The notes beneath the pieces were generated by a model. That model did not search any database. It had not been told where the DNA came from and saw only the letters and a program-made list of their open reading frames with translations. The position numbers and the translations under genes are program-made. From an uncultured SAR116 cluster alpha proteobacterium (GTDB lineage Bacteria > Pseudomonadota > Alphaproteobacteria > Puniceispirillales > GCA-002684695), in contig CACBIM010000006.1 of assembly GCA_902539295.1 (NCBI GenBank), positions 36,723-100,722 on the forward strand: 64,000 bases of DNA. The letters run 5' to 3'. Below are positions 28,710 through 39,562 of the stretch, piece by piece. Every line of letters begins with the position of its first letter. The first letter of the stretch is position 1.

Positions 28710-31121
28710 TTAATATATGCCTAATTCAAGGTTTCCGGAATTATTAATTAAACTTTTGTCATCATTCCTGGAAATGTATTTTTGAGGTAATTGCCCTTGC
28801 TTAAATGCTTCTTGAATTACGCCTTGTGTTATTTGATTAGCTCTAGTGCCATCTTTTACATTTACTGGGATCATTCGTATACCATCTGGTCTTCTGAATG
28901 GAATATCTGGCTTTTCTCTTGAAAAATTACTAAAAAATTCTTCAAAAATTGGTACAGCAGCACTAGAGCCAGTTTCTTTTTTTCCAAGTGGCCTAGGTAC
29001 GTCATAGCCTACATAAACTCCTACCACAATATCTGGAGAAAAACCAATAAACCATGCATTTGTATTATCGTTAGTTGTTCCAGTTTTTCCAGCCAAGTTT
29101 AGATTTAATTTTTTTAATTTTATACCAGTCCCCCTGTCAATTACCCCTTTTAGCATTGATGTCATTTGATATGCACTTGCTTTATCAGTAACTGTTTTTC
29201 TATTATCCAAAATTTTTGGTGGCAATTGATTTTTCCATCCAGTACTTGGCTGACATTCAAGACAATTTCTTTTATCAAACAAATAAATAGTATTGCCTCT
29301 TCTATCTTGTATCCTATCAATAAATGTAGGCTGAATCTCTTTGCCACCATTTAAAATCATTGCGTAAGCATTTACTAGCTTTAGTAAAGTTGTTTCACCT
29401 GCTCCAAGTGACATAGAAAGTAATTTTGGCATTTCTTCATAAATTTTAAATCTTTGGGAAATTTCTTGTATAGTTTCCATCCCTAATTCAAGTGCAAGTC
29501 TAGCTGTCATTAAGTTTCTAGATTTCTCAATACCAGTTCTTAACGTAGTAGGGCCATAAAATTTATTTGAGTAATTAGATGGTTTCCATTTAGGAAGTCC
29601 CGGACCTTGATCAATCACAATTGGAGCATCTCTAATAAGAGTAGTCGGTAGATAATTATTTTCTAATGCTGATAGATATATAAATGGTTTAAAAGCAGAA
29701 CCTGGCTGCCGAAAGGCTTGTGTTGCTCGATTAAACTCACTGTCATCATAGGAATACCCTCCTGACATAGCAAGAATTCTTCCAGTATGTGGATCTAAAA
29801 CAACTATTGCTCCTGATACCTCAGGTTTTTGTGAAAGCATCCAACTATAAACACTTGCGTCCATATCTTCATTATTAGGCTTTTGTATTGGTATTAAATC
29901 GCCTTCTTTTAAAAGTTTTGTGAGATCACTTGGTGCTTTTCCTAAATTACCATCAATCACTTTTCTTGCCCACATAGCATTTTGAAGAGGTATATAACCT
30001 TTTTGCCCTGTGTCAGTTGTAATTTCAGCTCTCTTTTGGGTAACTTTATTTACCGCAGCAACAAAATAATTTTTGGGCATTAAGTCTTTTGCTCTGATAA
30101 GTGCATCATCAATATTTTCAGTACCTTTAATTTTAGATAATGCCCCCCTCCAACCCTGCCTTCGATCTAAATCCTCAAGTCCTTTTTTCAAGCTTATATC
30201 AGCTAATTTTTGAATTTCTGGATCAATTGTTGACTGTATTGAGAGCCCACCTGCATATAGTTTTTCTTGACCGTAATTTTGAACTAATTTTCTTCTAATT
30301 TCTTCTACAGGATAAGGAGCATATGCCCCGTCAAAACCTGATGATGCGTAAACACTTAGTTCCTCATTTTTTGTTTTGTTAAATTCATTTTCAGTTATGT
30401 ACCCATTTTCAAACATTTGGGATAATACCCAATTTCTTCTAATAATAGCTTGTTTTCTTTTTCTTATTGGGTGGTAATTATTAGGACCTTTTGGCAAAGC
30501 TGCTAAATAGGCCGCTTCTGCTAATGTAATCTCTGAAAGAGGTTTGTTAAAATAATTCAATGCTGCTGCTGCCACTCCGTAGCTATTAAATCCAAGGTAA
30601 ATTTCATTTAAATATAATTCAAAAATATGATCTTTTGAAAATGTTCTTTCTATTCTCAGCGCAAGAATTGCCTCTTTAATTTTTCTTTCAATACTGTAAT
30701 CTGCAGACAGTAAAAAGTTTTTGGCAACTTGTTGTGTTATAGTGGAAGCACCAATGGCTCTTCTGCCAGAGTTGAAGTTTTTTATATTTGTAACAGATGC
30801 TCTTAAAATAGCCTTAAAATCTAAGCCTAAATGATTAAAAAAATCTTTATCCTCAGATGATAAAAAAGCTTCTTTAATAATAGAAGGTATAGATTGGATA
30901 GGAACAAATATTCTTTTCTCGGTTGCAAACTCAGCTAATAGAGCACCATCAGAAGCATAAACACGACTTACTACTGGAGGCTCATATTTTGACAACTGTA
31001 AAAAATCAGGTAAATTTTGACCATAAGACCAAAAAACCCAAGCAACAGAAAAAATTGTTATTAACCCTCCAAAAAACACTATTCCTATTAAGAGACTTAA
31101 AAAATTAAAAAAGTATTTCAT
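28710..31121 (-). CDS. mrcA: Penicillin-binding protein 1A
   Basis: EDKDFF.H.G, GASTITQQ, RK..E glycosyltransferase motifs; SAFK, SRN, KTGT transpeptidase motifs. Confidence 0.94.
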   Translation of the reverse strand: MKYFFNFLSLLIGIVFFGGLITIFSVAWVFWSYGQNLPDFLQLSKYEPPVVSRVYASDGALLAEFATEKRIFVPIQSIPSIIKEAFLSSEDKDFFNHLGLDFKAILRASVTNIKNFNSGRRAIGASTITQQVAKNFLLSADYSIERKIKEAILALRIERTFSKDHIFELYLNEIYLGFNSYGVAAAALNYFNKPLSEITLAEAAYLAALPKGPNNYHPIRKRKQAIIRRNWVLSQMFENGYITENEFNKTKNEELSVYASSGFDGAYAPYPVEEIRRKLVQNYGQEKLYAGGLSIQSTIDPEIQKLADISLKKGLEDLDRRQGWRGALSKIKGTENIDDALIRAKDLMPKNYFVAAVNKVTQKRAEITTDTGQKGYIPLQNAMWARKVIDGNLGKAPSDLTKLLKEGDLIPIQKPNNEDMDASVYSWMLSQKPEVSGAIVVLDPHTGRILAMSGGYSYDDSEFNRATQAFRQPGSAFKPFIYLSALENNYLPTTLIRDAPIVIDQGPGLPKWKPSNYSNKFYGPTTLRTGIEKSRNLMTARLALELGMETIQEISQRFKIYEEMPKLLSMSLGAGETTLLKLVNAYAMILNGGKEIQPTFIDRIQDRRGNTIYLFDKRNCLECQPSTGWKNQLPPKILDNRKTVTDKASAYQMTSMLKGVIDRGTGIKLKKLNLNLAGKTGTTNDNTNAWFIGFSPDIVVGVYVGYDVPRPLGKKETGSSAAVPIFEEFFSNFSREKPDIPFRRPDGIRMIPVNVKDGTRANQITQGVIQEAFKQGQLPQKYISRNDDKSLINNSGNLELGIY

Positions 31122-31168
31122 AATTAACTATTATTGTCCAAAAATGTTAATTGTGGGGCAATGTATAT

Positions 31169-32482
31169 TTATTTCATGTATACATCTTTATATTTTGTAA
31201 CTGCAACGGCAATTTTTTGCATTATGTTTGATATAAACTCTCGGTCATTTAAGTTTTTTTCGTCTTCTTTATTTGATATAAACCCCATCTCTATAAGAAC
31301 TGATGGTATTACAGGCGATTTTAGAACAGCAAAGTTTTTTTCATGCCATCCACGAGAGTTACTCGGTAAACTAGAGAGCTCGTCTAATATTAAATTTTTA
31401 AGTTTAATAGAGTAATTTCTCTTTCTTCTTTGATACATTTTGTAAAGTATGTTTTGAGTTTCTATAATTTCCTCATCTAAAATAACATTTCCCAGAACAT
31501 TTTGATTTTTATTATTTTTTTGAAAGTTGGCCTTTTCTAGATCTGGATCTTTGTTTAGGCTAAAAATTGAATAACCCCTTACTGATTTAGACTCAGAAGC
31601 ATCTGAGTGAAGAGAGATGAAAATGTCTGCTTTTAGTTGGTTGGCTATTTTATACCTATCATGTAAATTAATATAAATGTCGTCTGACCTAGTTAGGTAA
31701 GCCTTTATTCCAGAAATATTGTTGAGTTTTAATTGCAAAATTTTAGATGCAATTAAATTTATATCTTTCTCTAAAGTCTTGGAGTAGCCTATAGCTCCAG
31801 GATCCTTTCCGCCATGACCTGGATCTATAACAACTAAAAAGCTCTTAGTTCCTTCTTTATCAAGATTTAAATTATTATCTTCGCTAATTATGTTTTTTTG
31901 TCGAGACACTATAGAGTTATTTTTATTTTGGCCTATAAATAATTCTAACTCTTTATCTTCACTTATTGGCTTTTCCCCCAATACCGTTTCAAATTCCTCT
32001 TTAGAAAAGCTTTCAAATGATTTTTTTGTAACTATAAAATCGGTTTCACTGCTAAAGTACAAATCAATAACCAGTTTTTTGTTACCATTTGGACTTGAAA
32101 GCCAATAAACTTTATCCAAACTAAATGGTTTTTCAATGTTTAAGGTTAAATTAGTTTTTCCAATTTCATCATTTTTAAATGAATATATTATCGGGATATT
32201 AGGATAAAAATTACCTTTTCTTGGAATATTACTTGCTCTCCAAAGCGACTCTGGAATTTGAATTATTGCCCGATATGGTAAGGTTTTTAATTCTATCTTG
32301 GTATCAACTTTCATTGATGTTTCTAAAACAACTCTATAAAAATTTTGATGTTTTCCAGCTCTTAAATTTCTAATCTCATTCAAATTCTGAGCAGTACACA
32401 ATAAAGAATAAAAAAATGAAAAAACAAAAAAAAATAACCCTATAAAATAAAAAAAAGTTTTCATTTTATTCCAACTATGCAT
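31169..32482 (-). CDS. amiC: N-acetylmuramoyl-L-alanine amidase (AMIN plus Amidase_3)
   Basis: IDPGHGGKDPGA, EK, FISLHSD, PSVLIEMGFISN. Confidence 0.88.
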   Translation of the reverse strand: MHSWNKMKTFFYFIGLFFFVFSFFYSLLCTAQNLNEIRNLRAGKHQNFYRVVLETSMKVDTKIELKTLPYRAIIQIPESLWRASNIPRKGNFYPNIPIIYSFKNDEIGKTNLTLNIEKPFSLDKVYWLSSPNGNKKLVIDLYFSSETDFIVTKKSFESFSKEEFETVLGEKPISEDKELELFIGQNKNNSIVSRQKNIISEDNNLNLDKEGTKSFLVVIDPGHGGKDPGAIGYSKTLEKDINLIASKILQLKLNNISGIKAYLTRSDDIYINLHDRYKIANQLKADIFISLHSDASESKSVRGYSIFSLNKDPDLEKANFQKNNKNQNVLGNVILDEEIIETQNILYKMYQRRKRNYSIKLKNLILDELSSLPSNSRGWHEKNFAVLKSPVIPSVLIEMGFISNKEDEKNLNDREFISNIMQKIAVAVTKYKDVYMK

Positions 32483-32598
32483 TATACCAAAAAATTATTT
32501 TTGAGCATTTTATAAACATAAATATATTTTAAATTTAACGATTTCTGTTTTAATATTATAATTTATAATGTAAATTTTGAAATATTAATATTTCAAAC

Positions 32599-32688
32599 AA
32601 AATGTTTAGAGTATTTTATGGTTTGTATGTATGTCTTAAATTTTAATAGCAGCTGTGTAAGCGCTAGTTCATACTCTAATAACATTTT
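32599..32688 (+). promoter_or_regulatory. Structured rne 5' leader
   Basis: AAAATGTTTAGAGTAT (32599-32614) pairs with ATACTCTA-AT-AACATTTT (32671-32688); inner hairpin TAGCAGCT-GTGTA-AGCGCTA. Confidence 0.5.
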
Positions 32689-32789
32689 AGTTTTTTTATC
32701 AAAAAATAAAAAGTGTGAGAGAATTTTACCATTACTGTCTAATAATTTCTTTTTGAAAATTTTGATAGTTTTTGGTTTGGAGAGTTTAT

Positions 32790-35033
32790 ATGGCAAAAAA
32801 ATTATTGATAGATGCAAAACAACCAGAAGAAACAAGGGTTGTTTTATTAAATGGCAATCGAATTGAAGATTTTGATCAAGAAACAACCACAAAGCTTCAA
32901 AACAAAGGCAATATATATCTAGCAAGAGTAACTAGAGTTGAACCATCTCTTCAAGCAGCATTTGTTGAATACGGTGGCACGAGACACGGTTTTTTAGCAT
33001 TTAGTGAAATTCATCCTGACTATTACAGAATACCGGTAGAGGACAGAAAGGCTTTAACTGAAGAAATGTTGAATGCAGAAGATACTTCGTTGGATGAAGT
33101 TTCAAATTCTCAAATTGATAAAGATAGTGAACACACAAATGATTTAGAAACAAATATAGATAATTCATCTGAATTATTAATTGTAGATGAAAAAAAAGAA
33201 AAGCCTGAAATTATTAGTGAAGAAGATGAAGCGAGTCCTGCAAACCAAACAAAAATCTTTAAACGTTATAAAATTCAAGAAGTAATTTCTAAAAGGCAAA
33301 TACTTCTTGTTCAAGTTGCCAAAGAAGAAAGGGGAAATAAAGGGGCCGCTTTAACAACATACATATCTTTAGCTGGAAGATATTGTGTCCTAATGCCTAA
33401 TACAATTAGAGGTGGAGGAGTAAGTAGAAAAATTAGTAAAATCGAGGACAGGAAAAGATTAAAATCTATTATTGAGGAAATAGAAATGCCTGCGGGAATG
33501 GCTGTTATTATTAGGACAGCAGGGTCTGATAGGACAAAAGCAGAATTAAAAAAAGATTTTTCTTATCTGCAAAACTTATGGGATACAATTAGAGAAAAAA
33601 CTGTTAAATCTACTGCCCCCATTCTAATTAATGAAGAGGGTAATTTAATTAAGCGAACAATAAGGGACTTATATAACAGTGATGTTAGTGAAATTTTAGT
33701 ATCAGGTGAAACAGCATTTAACACTGCTAGAAGCTATATAAAGGAAATGGTGCCTAGTCAAATAAAGAGAGTAAAAAACTTTAAAGACACAAAGAATTCT
33801 ATTTTTCAAAAATATAATGTAGAAAAGCAACTTGACTCAATGTATTTGCCTTCTGTGAAATTAAAGTCAGGAGGGTATATTGTTATAAATCAAACTGAAG
33901 CTTTAGTAGCTATAGATGTAAACTCAGGAAGGTCAACTAAAGAAAGAAATATAGAAGAAACTGCCCTAAAAACTAACTTAGAGGCTGCTGAAGAAGTTGC
34001 AAGGCAATTAAAATTGAGGGATTTGTCAGGGTTAATTGTAATTGATTTTATTGATATGGAAGGATACAAAAATCAACACTCTGTTGAAAAAAAATTAAAA
34101 GAGGCCATGAGTTCTGACAGGGCGAGAATACAAATTGGTAGAATAAGTCACTTTGGACTTCTTGAGCTTTCACGTCAACGTCTCAGACCAAGTGTATCTG
34201 AAAATTATTTTAGCACTTGTGACTCTTGTGGTGGCATGGGCGTGATAAGGTCAGTAGAATCATCTGCTTTGAAGGTTTTGAGAAAAATAGAAGACACAAA
34301 AATTAAAAATGAATCATTGGACATCTTCGTACCTTCAAAAATAGGAATGTATATTCTCAATGAAAAGCGAAAGTCCATAGCTGAAATTGAAGAAAAATTG
34401 AATATTAATTTAAGTTTTCAGTTCGATGATCAAGATAGTGAAACTGACTGCAAAATTGAAAGAAAGGGATCTTTGCAAATGTTAGAGAACCCAAATTCAG
34501 CAGATCATTCACAAGAACTTAAGGAAGAACCAGAACAACAAAAAAAGCCTAGAAAAGATAAAAGAAGCACATGGAAAAAATCAATTAATACAAAAACTAA
34601 AAAGCTGGTTAATGAAGAAGAGAAAGAAAATGTTGAAAATATTACTGATAAAGCTGTTACTGATTTAAAAAACAAAGAAAAAGAAATTGAAAAATTAAAC
34701 GGTCGAAAAAAAGAAAAGAAAATACAAACAAGATCAGAAAAGGCAATTGAGGAAAAAGGCAATTCAAAAAATAAAACAAAAAAACTAATTGAAGACGATA
34801 AGCCAATAAAAGGAAATGCATCTAATATAAGAACTCATAAAAATAAAAAAACAAATTCTACTTCAATTAAAAAAAGAACCTTAAATAAGAAAAATGGAAC
34901 TAAAGAAGAACTTAATAAAAATACAGTCAATGAAAAGAAAAGAGAACCAAAAGTGTCAGAACCACTCAAGGTTGTGAATGTTGATGAAGTTAAAAAAGCT
35001 AAAAAAGGTGGATGGTGGTCTCAGGCAAAATAA
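32790..35033 (+). CDS. rne: Ribonuclease E
   Basis: MAKKLLIDA..PEETRV, GNIY, IDVNSG, IDFIDM, CxxC Zn-link, Lys-rich disordered tail ending KKGGWW; start moved to ATG 32790. Confidence 0.95.
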   Translation: MAKKLLIDAKQPEETRVVLLNGNRIEDFDQETTTKLQNKGNIYLARVTRVEPSLQAAFVEYGGTRHGFLAFSEIHPDYYRIPVEDRKALTEEMLNAEDTSLDEVSNSQIDKDSEHTNDLETNIDNSSELLIVDEKKEKPEIISEEDEASPANQTKIFKRYKIQEVISKRQILLVQVAKEERGNKGAALTTYISLAGRYCVLMPNTIRGGGVSRKISKIEDRKRLKSIIEEIEMPAGMAVIIRTAGSDRTKAELKKDFSYLQNLWDTIREKTVKSTAPILINEEGNLIKRTIRDLYNSDVSEILVSGETAFNTARSYIKEMVPSQIKRVKNFKDTKNSIFQKYNVEKQLDSMYLPSVKLKSGGYIVINQTEALVAIDVNSGRSTKERNIEETALKTNLEAAEEVARQLKLRDLSGLIVIDFIDMEGYKNQHSVEKKLKEAMSSDRARIQIGRISHFGLLELSRQRLRPSVSENYFSTCDSCGGMGVIRSVESSALKVLRKIEDTKIKNESLDIFVPSKIGMYILNEKRKSIAEIEEKLNINLSFQFDDQDSETDCKIERKGSLQMLENPNSADHSQELKEEPEQQKKPRKDKRSTWKKSINTKTKKLVNEEEKENVENITDKAVTDLKNKEKEIEKLNGRKKEKKIQTRSEKAIEEKGNSKNKTKKLIEDDKPIKGNASNIRTHKNKKTNSTSIKKRTLNKKNGTKEELNKNTVNEKKREPKVSEPLKVVNVDEVKKAKKGGWWSQAK

Positions 35034-35773
35034 TGAATAATCCAATATTAAATAATTTCAATGTGAAAGGTTTATTTTTTATAATATTAACTATTCTATT
35101 TCTAAATCATGAAGTGGTTTACAGTCATGCTTTAGAGGACAAAAACGAAATTGAAAATTTAATTGAGAGTTGGATTGAACAAAATCCTGATAAAATTAGA
35201 TTTTCTTTGGAAAAGCTCGCCGCTAAGGAAGAAAAAGAGAAAAGAGAAAACAACTTTAATCTATTAGCACAAAATTCACTTGACCCTTTTTTTGGCAACC
35301 CTAGTGCTGATATTATAATTTATGAATTTTTTGATTATAATTGTGGATACTGTAAGTCTGTTCTACCAACTTTGTTAAATGTGGTGAAGCAAGACAAAAA
35401 TACAAAACTTATTTTTAAAGAGTTTCCAATCTTGTCAGAAACATCTTTGGAAGCTGCATTATATGCACTTGCCGCAAAAAAACAAAATTTATATTTTGAA
35501 TTCCATACAAGAATAATGGAATACAGAGGTCGATTAAATAATGATGTTTTTATTAAAGTAGCTAATGATATTGGATTAGATATTGAAAAGCTTAATAATG
35601 ACTTGGATGACAAAAATATCAGAATGGAAATTGAAAAAAATCGTTTGATCGCAAAAGGCTTTAATATAAATGGCACTCCAACTTTAATTATTGGTGATAA
35701 AATAATACCAGGGGCAATTAACGAACAACAATTGAATGAACTTATTAAAGAAGTTAGGGATCTGAATTCTTAG
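35033..35773 (+). CDS. DsbA family thiol-disulfide oxidoreductase (Com1-like)
   Basis: EFFDYNCGYCK, KEFPIL, INGTPT; ATG overlaps the rne stop. Confidence 0.88.
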   Translation: MNNPILNNFNVKGLFFIILTILFLNHEVVYSHALEDKNEIENLIESWIEQNPDKIRFSLEKLAAKEEKEKRENNFNLLAQNSLDPFFGNPSADIIIYEFFDYNCGYCKSVLPTLLNVVKQDKNTKLIFKEFPILSETSLEAALYALAAKKQNLYFEFHTRIMEYRGRLNNDVFIKVANDIGLDIEKLNNDLDDKNIRMEIEKNRLIAKGFNINGTPTLIIGDKIIPGAINEQQLNELIKEVRDLNS

Positions 35774-35787
35774 ATTAGAGAAGCGCT

Positions 35788-36246
35788 ATGATAAATAATT
35801 CTATTTTAGTAATTTCTGGCCCTAACTTAAATCTGCTAGGCAATAGAGAAGAAGAACATTATGGCAATATTTCATTAGATAAAATCCATCAGAAAATCAA
35901 AAAAATAGGTGACTTAAATAATATAATTATTGAGTGCAAACAATCAAATTCTGAAAGTGAAATAATAGAATGGATACAAAATGCCAAAAATAATTTTAAA
36001 GCAATAATTATCAATGCTGGTGGATACACTCATACTTCTGTCTCAATTAGAGATGCCTTAAAATTATTTGATGAATTAGTAATTGAAATTCACATGTCTA
36101 ATATTCATTCAAGAGAAGATTTCAGACATAAATCTATGATCTCAGGAGTTAGCAGCGGGATTATAATAGGATTTGGTGATCAGTCATATTATTTGGCTGT
36201 AAACGCTGTAATAAATAAAATAAGTGGGGTAAAAAATTATGGCTAA
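35788..36246 (+). CDS. aroQ: Type II 3-dehydroquinate dehydratase
   Basis: GPNLNLLG.RE..YG, QSN.E, THTSV..RDA, EIHMSN...RE.FRH. Confidence 0.95.
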   Translation: MINNSILVISGPNLNLLGNREEEHYGNISLDKIHQKIKKIGDLNNIIIECKQSNSESEIIEWIQNAKNNFKAIIINAGGYTHTSVSIRDALKLFDELVIEIHMSNIHSREDFRHKSMISGVSSGIIIGFGDQSYYLAVNAVINKISGVKNYG

Positions 36247-36724
36247 AAATGATAATAAGAATTTTTCATTGCCAACAATAAAAGATTTAGAAATATATTT
36301 TGACCTAATCAAAAAGAAAGATATTTCAGAATTAGAAATCGAAACTGATCAAATTAGAATTAAAATAGTGAATGAAAATAAAAATATAAAATTTTCAACA
36401 CAACAAACAGCATCAGAAATTATCAATCATAGCCAAAGTGCAGAATTAAATAATCAAAACAACAAAGATACTTTTGAGGTTAAGACTGAAGGAGAAGTAA
36501 TAAAATCTCCAATGGTTGGCACAGCATATTTATCTCCTGAGCCAAGTGCACCTGAGTTTATAAAAAAAGGTGACAAAGTTAAAAAAGGAGATACTCTATT
36601 AATTGTAGAAGCAATGAAAGTTATGAATAATATTTCTTCTCCAAAAGATGGAGTTATTGAGGAGATTTATATAGAAAATGCTCAACCTGTTGAGTATGAT
36701 CAGCTTTTAGTTGTTGTTAAATGA
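36239..36724 (+). CDS. accB: Acetyl-CoA carboxylase biotin carboxyl carrier protein
   Basis: SPMVGT, EAMKVMN biotinylation motif. Confidence 0.95.
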   Translation: MAKNDNKNFSLPTIKDLEIYFDLIKKKDISELEIETDQIRIKIVNENKNIKFSTQQTASEIINHSQSAELNNQNNKDTFEVKTEGEVIKSPMVGTAYLSPEPSAPEFIKKGDKVKKGDTLLIVEAMKVMNNISSPKDGVIEEIYIENAQPVEYDQLLVVVK

Positions 36725-38094
36725 GCAATAAAAAATTATTCAAAAAAATTCTTATTGCTAATAGAGGGGATGTCGCACTAAGAATTCTTAGGGCTGCAAA
36801 AGACCTCAAAATACCCACTGTGTCGATCCACTCATCTGCTGATAATGATTCAATGCATGTGAAATTAGCTGATGAAAGTGTTTGCATTGGGCCAGCAAAA
36901 TCATCTGATAGTTATTTGAACATGCAAGCTATAATTTCAGCAGCACTAGTGACAGGTGCTGACGCAATACATCCCGGTGTTGGGTTTTTATCGGAAAATG
37001 CTGATTTTGCTGAAATAGTAAATGCTCATGAAATTAACTTTATTGGACCATCTCCAGAACATATTAAAACTATGGGAGATAAAGTTTCTGCAAAAATTGC
37101 TGCTGAAAAAGCAGGTCTGCCTCTCGTGCCAGGGTCTAAAGGCTCAATCTCATCTTTGAACAAAGCTGAAGAAGAAGCTCTAAAGATAGGTTTTCCAGTT
37201 ATAATTAAAGCTGCTGCTGGGGGTGGCGGAAGAGGTATGAAGGTTGCAAACTCCATGGAAAATCTTTCTGAAGCTTTTAGCTCAGCAAGAAGTGAAGCAA
37301 AGGCTGCATTTGGAGATGACACAGTATATTTGGAAAAATATTTAAAAAATCCAAGGCATATAGAAGTTCAAGTGTTTGCTGACTCTCATGGTAATGTAGT
37401 TCACTTAGGAGAGCGTGAGTGTTCAATTCAAAGAAGACATCAAAAATTGTTAGAGGAGTGCCCTTCGCCTATTTTGTCTCAAAGTGAAAGAGAAAAGATT
37501 GGTAAACTTTCAGCAAATGCTGCAAAAAATTTAGGCTACTTAGGACTAGGAACAATTGAATACTTGTATGAGAATAACGAATTCTTTTTTATTGAAATGA
37601 ATACTCGTTTACAAGTTGAACATCCCATCACTGAAATGGTGACTGGTTTAGATCTAGTGTGTGAACAGATTAAGATTGCAAGTGGCCAAAAATTAAGTTT
37701 TAAGCAGAATGATATTGTATTTAATGGACACGCTATTGAGTTTAGAATTAACGCCGAAAATCCAAATAACTTTTTACCTTCTCCTGGAAAAATAAAAACT
37801 TTCCATCCGCCAGGAGGCCCTGGTGTAAGAGTTGATTCTATAGTCTATCAAGGATACCAAATACCCCCATATTATGATAGCCTAATATCTAAACTTATAG
37901 TATTCGGTAGTGATAGGAAAAACTGCCTTTCAAGATCTGAAAGAGCACTTGACGAATTTATTATTGAACCAATTGATACATCAATTGAATTACACAAAAA
38001 GTTATTAAGAAATAAAGATATTATAAATGGGGCTTACTCAATTAAATGGTTAGAAGAAATTTTTTTACCAACCTTGAATAAAACTTATGGATAA
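36721..38094 (+). CDS. accC: Biotin carboxylase
   Basis: ILIANRG, GGGGRGM, ERECSIQRRHQK, EMNTRLQVEH, RINAE. Confidence 0.96.
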   Translation: MSNKKLFKKILIANRGDVALRILRAAKDLKIPTVSIHSSADNDSMHVKLADESVCIGPAKSSDSYLNMQAIISAALVTGADAIHPGVGFLSENADFAEIVNAHEINFIGPSPEHIKTMGDKVSAKIAAEKAGLPLVPGSKGSISSLNKAEEEALKIGFPVIIKAAAGGGGRGMKVANSMENLSEAFSSARSEAKAAFGDDTVYLEKYLKNPRHIEVQVFADSHGNVVHLGERECSIQRRHQKLLEECPSPILSQSEREKIGKLSANAAKNLGYLGLGTIEYLYENNEFFFIEMNTRLQVEHPITEMVTGLDLVCEQIKIASGQKLSFKQNDIVFNGHAIEFRINAENPNNFLPSPGKIKTFHPPGGPGVRVDSIVYQGYQIPPYYDSLISKLIVFGSDRKNCLSRSERALDEFIIEPIDTSIELHKKLLRNKDIINGAYSIKWLEEIFLPTLNKTYG

Positions 38095-38750
38095 AATATC
38101 AAATCTTGTAATTGAGGGGTACTATAATGGTGTTTTCCCAATGTCAAATAGCAGAAATGACAATAGTTTTTTTTTTTGTTAATCCGGAAAAACGAGCTAT
38201 AATTCCATTTTCTAAAGCTCATGTCTCAAGGAGCCTGAGAAGATCTATAATTAAAAAAAACTTCGAAATTAAATCAAATAAAGATTTTAATCAAGTTATA
38301 CTTTCGTGTGCTGATCCAAAATTTGGTAGGCAAGATACATGGATTAATAACTCAATCAAAGAGGTGTTTAATACTCTTCATGAAAGTGGCTATGCACATT
38401 CAGTTGAAATATATTTAAATAAATCCCTTGTTGGTGGTATATATGGTATTTCAATTGGGAGTGTATTTTTTGCAGAGTCAATGTTTTCAGCAGTAAAAAA
38501 TGCATCAAAAATAGTTTTAATTTTCCTACTAGCAAAACTGAATGCATCAAAGTTCAAGTTATTTGATGTTCAGTTTATGACACCACACCTTGCGTCCATG
38601 GGAGCCATAGAAATAAGTAAAAATAAATTTTCTCAATTACTTAATTTACATATAAAAGAAAAAAATCATTTTCCATATATCAATTCTTCTAAAATTGAGG
38701 ATTGGAATATTTTGTTAAATTATTTGCAAGAAACCAAAGAGATATCATAG
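38087..38750 (+). pseudogene. aat: Leucyl/phenylalanyl-tRNA--protein transferase, frameshifted at a T11 tract (or sequencing error)
   Basis: ATG 38087 reads MDKISNLVIEGYYNGVFPMSNSRNDNSFFFC*. The rest (NPEKRA, TWIN, AHSVE, GGIYG, F.ESMFS, NASK, DVQF) is in another frame. Removing one T from 38167-38177 fuses them. Confidence 0.85.
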
Positions 38751-39097
38751 ATAGGATGCTCTAGTGCGCTAATAGCTGGGCTAGATGAAAACATCCATCC
38801 ACTAAATACTAGGTTTTGCTTATCTTCACTTTGATTAAGCAAATCAAAAATCTCTATATATGCTGCTGATTCGGGCAGATAGTCTGGCGGTCTATTTTGA
38901 CAACTTTTTAAAATTATAATCAGTGATCCCAAATTTTCTTCCTCATTCAAACTGATTTCTAACTTCTTTGTTCTTGCAGTAATTTTATCAAGCGCATTAA
39001 ATTCTGCAGATTTATTATCTAGCCATTCAGAATTTGAATCTTGATAAAAAAATAGAGATAATGAAAAAGATATAATAAAATTAAATTTTCTAATCAA
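38720..39097 (-). CDS. DUF2155 family protein
   Basis: ALDKITAR, FSGWMFSSSPAISALEHPIYD. Confidence 0.88.
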   Translation of the reverse strand: MIRKFNFIISFSLSLFFYQDSNSEWLDNKSAEFNALDKITARTKKLEISLNEEENLGSLIIILKSCQNRPPDYLPESAAYIEIFDLLNQSEDKQNLVFSGWMFSSSPAISALEHPIYDISLVSCK

Positions 39098-39108
39098 TTC
39101 TATCGTTA

Positions 39109-39549
39109 CTAATTAGTTGCAGAAAAAACAGCCTGTCCCAAAAGGTCTGTAATGCTTACTGGGTCACGTGTATTATATATAGTTTCTTCATCTTTTAACA
39201 TAATATCAGATGCACCTGGAATGATTTCTACATACTGTCCACCTAGCAGAGATGCAGAAGATATTTTAGCAATTGAATCATCTGGAATCGAGATACCTTC
39301 TTCTAAATTTAGCTCAACTATTGCAAGAAAAGATTGTCTATCAAGTTTATTCGATGATACTTCCCCAACCTTTATACCTGCTATAACTACGTCATCACCT
39401 ACTTTTAACCCACCAATATGTCCAAATTCAGCGTTTATGTATTTACCTTTTATCTGAATGCCTGTTGACGAAACTGTAAAAACAACAAAGGATAATGCTA
39501 GTATTATTACGATAGCACCTACAACAATTTCTAGAATATTTTCTTTCAT
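39109..39549 (-). CDS. mlaD: MlaD/MCE family lipid asymmetry protein
   Basis: N-terminal TM, GGLKVGDDVVIAGIKVG, SLLGGQYVEI.PG. Confidence 0.88.
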   Translation of the reverse strand: MKENILEIVVGAIVIILALSFVVFTVSSTGIQIKGKYINAEFGHIGGLKVGDDVVIAGIKVGEVSSNKLDRQSFLAIVELNLEEGISIPDDSIAKISSASLLGGQYVEIIPGASDIMLKDEETIYNTRDPVSITDLLGQAVFSATN

Positions 39550-39562
39550 ATTTTTTCATCCA

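Noticed and set aside
34480-35033. Lys/Glu-rich low-complexity region as a repeat element
   Set aside because: It is the normal disordered RNase E C-terminal scaffold ending in GWW.
38112-38750. aat starting at 38112 as in the ORF track
   Set aside because: Its first ~19 residues are not Aat-like; the conserved N-terminus is in the frame starting at 38087.
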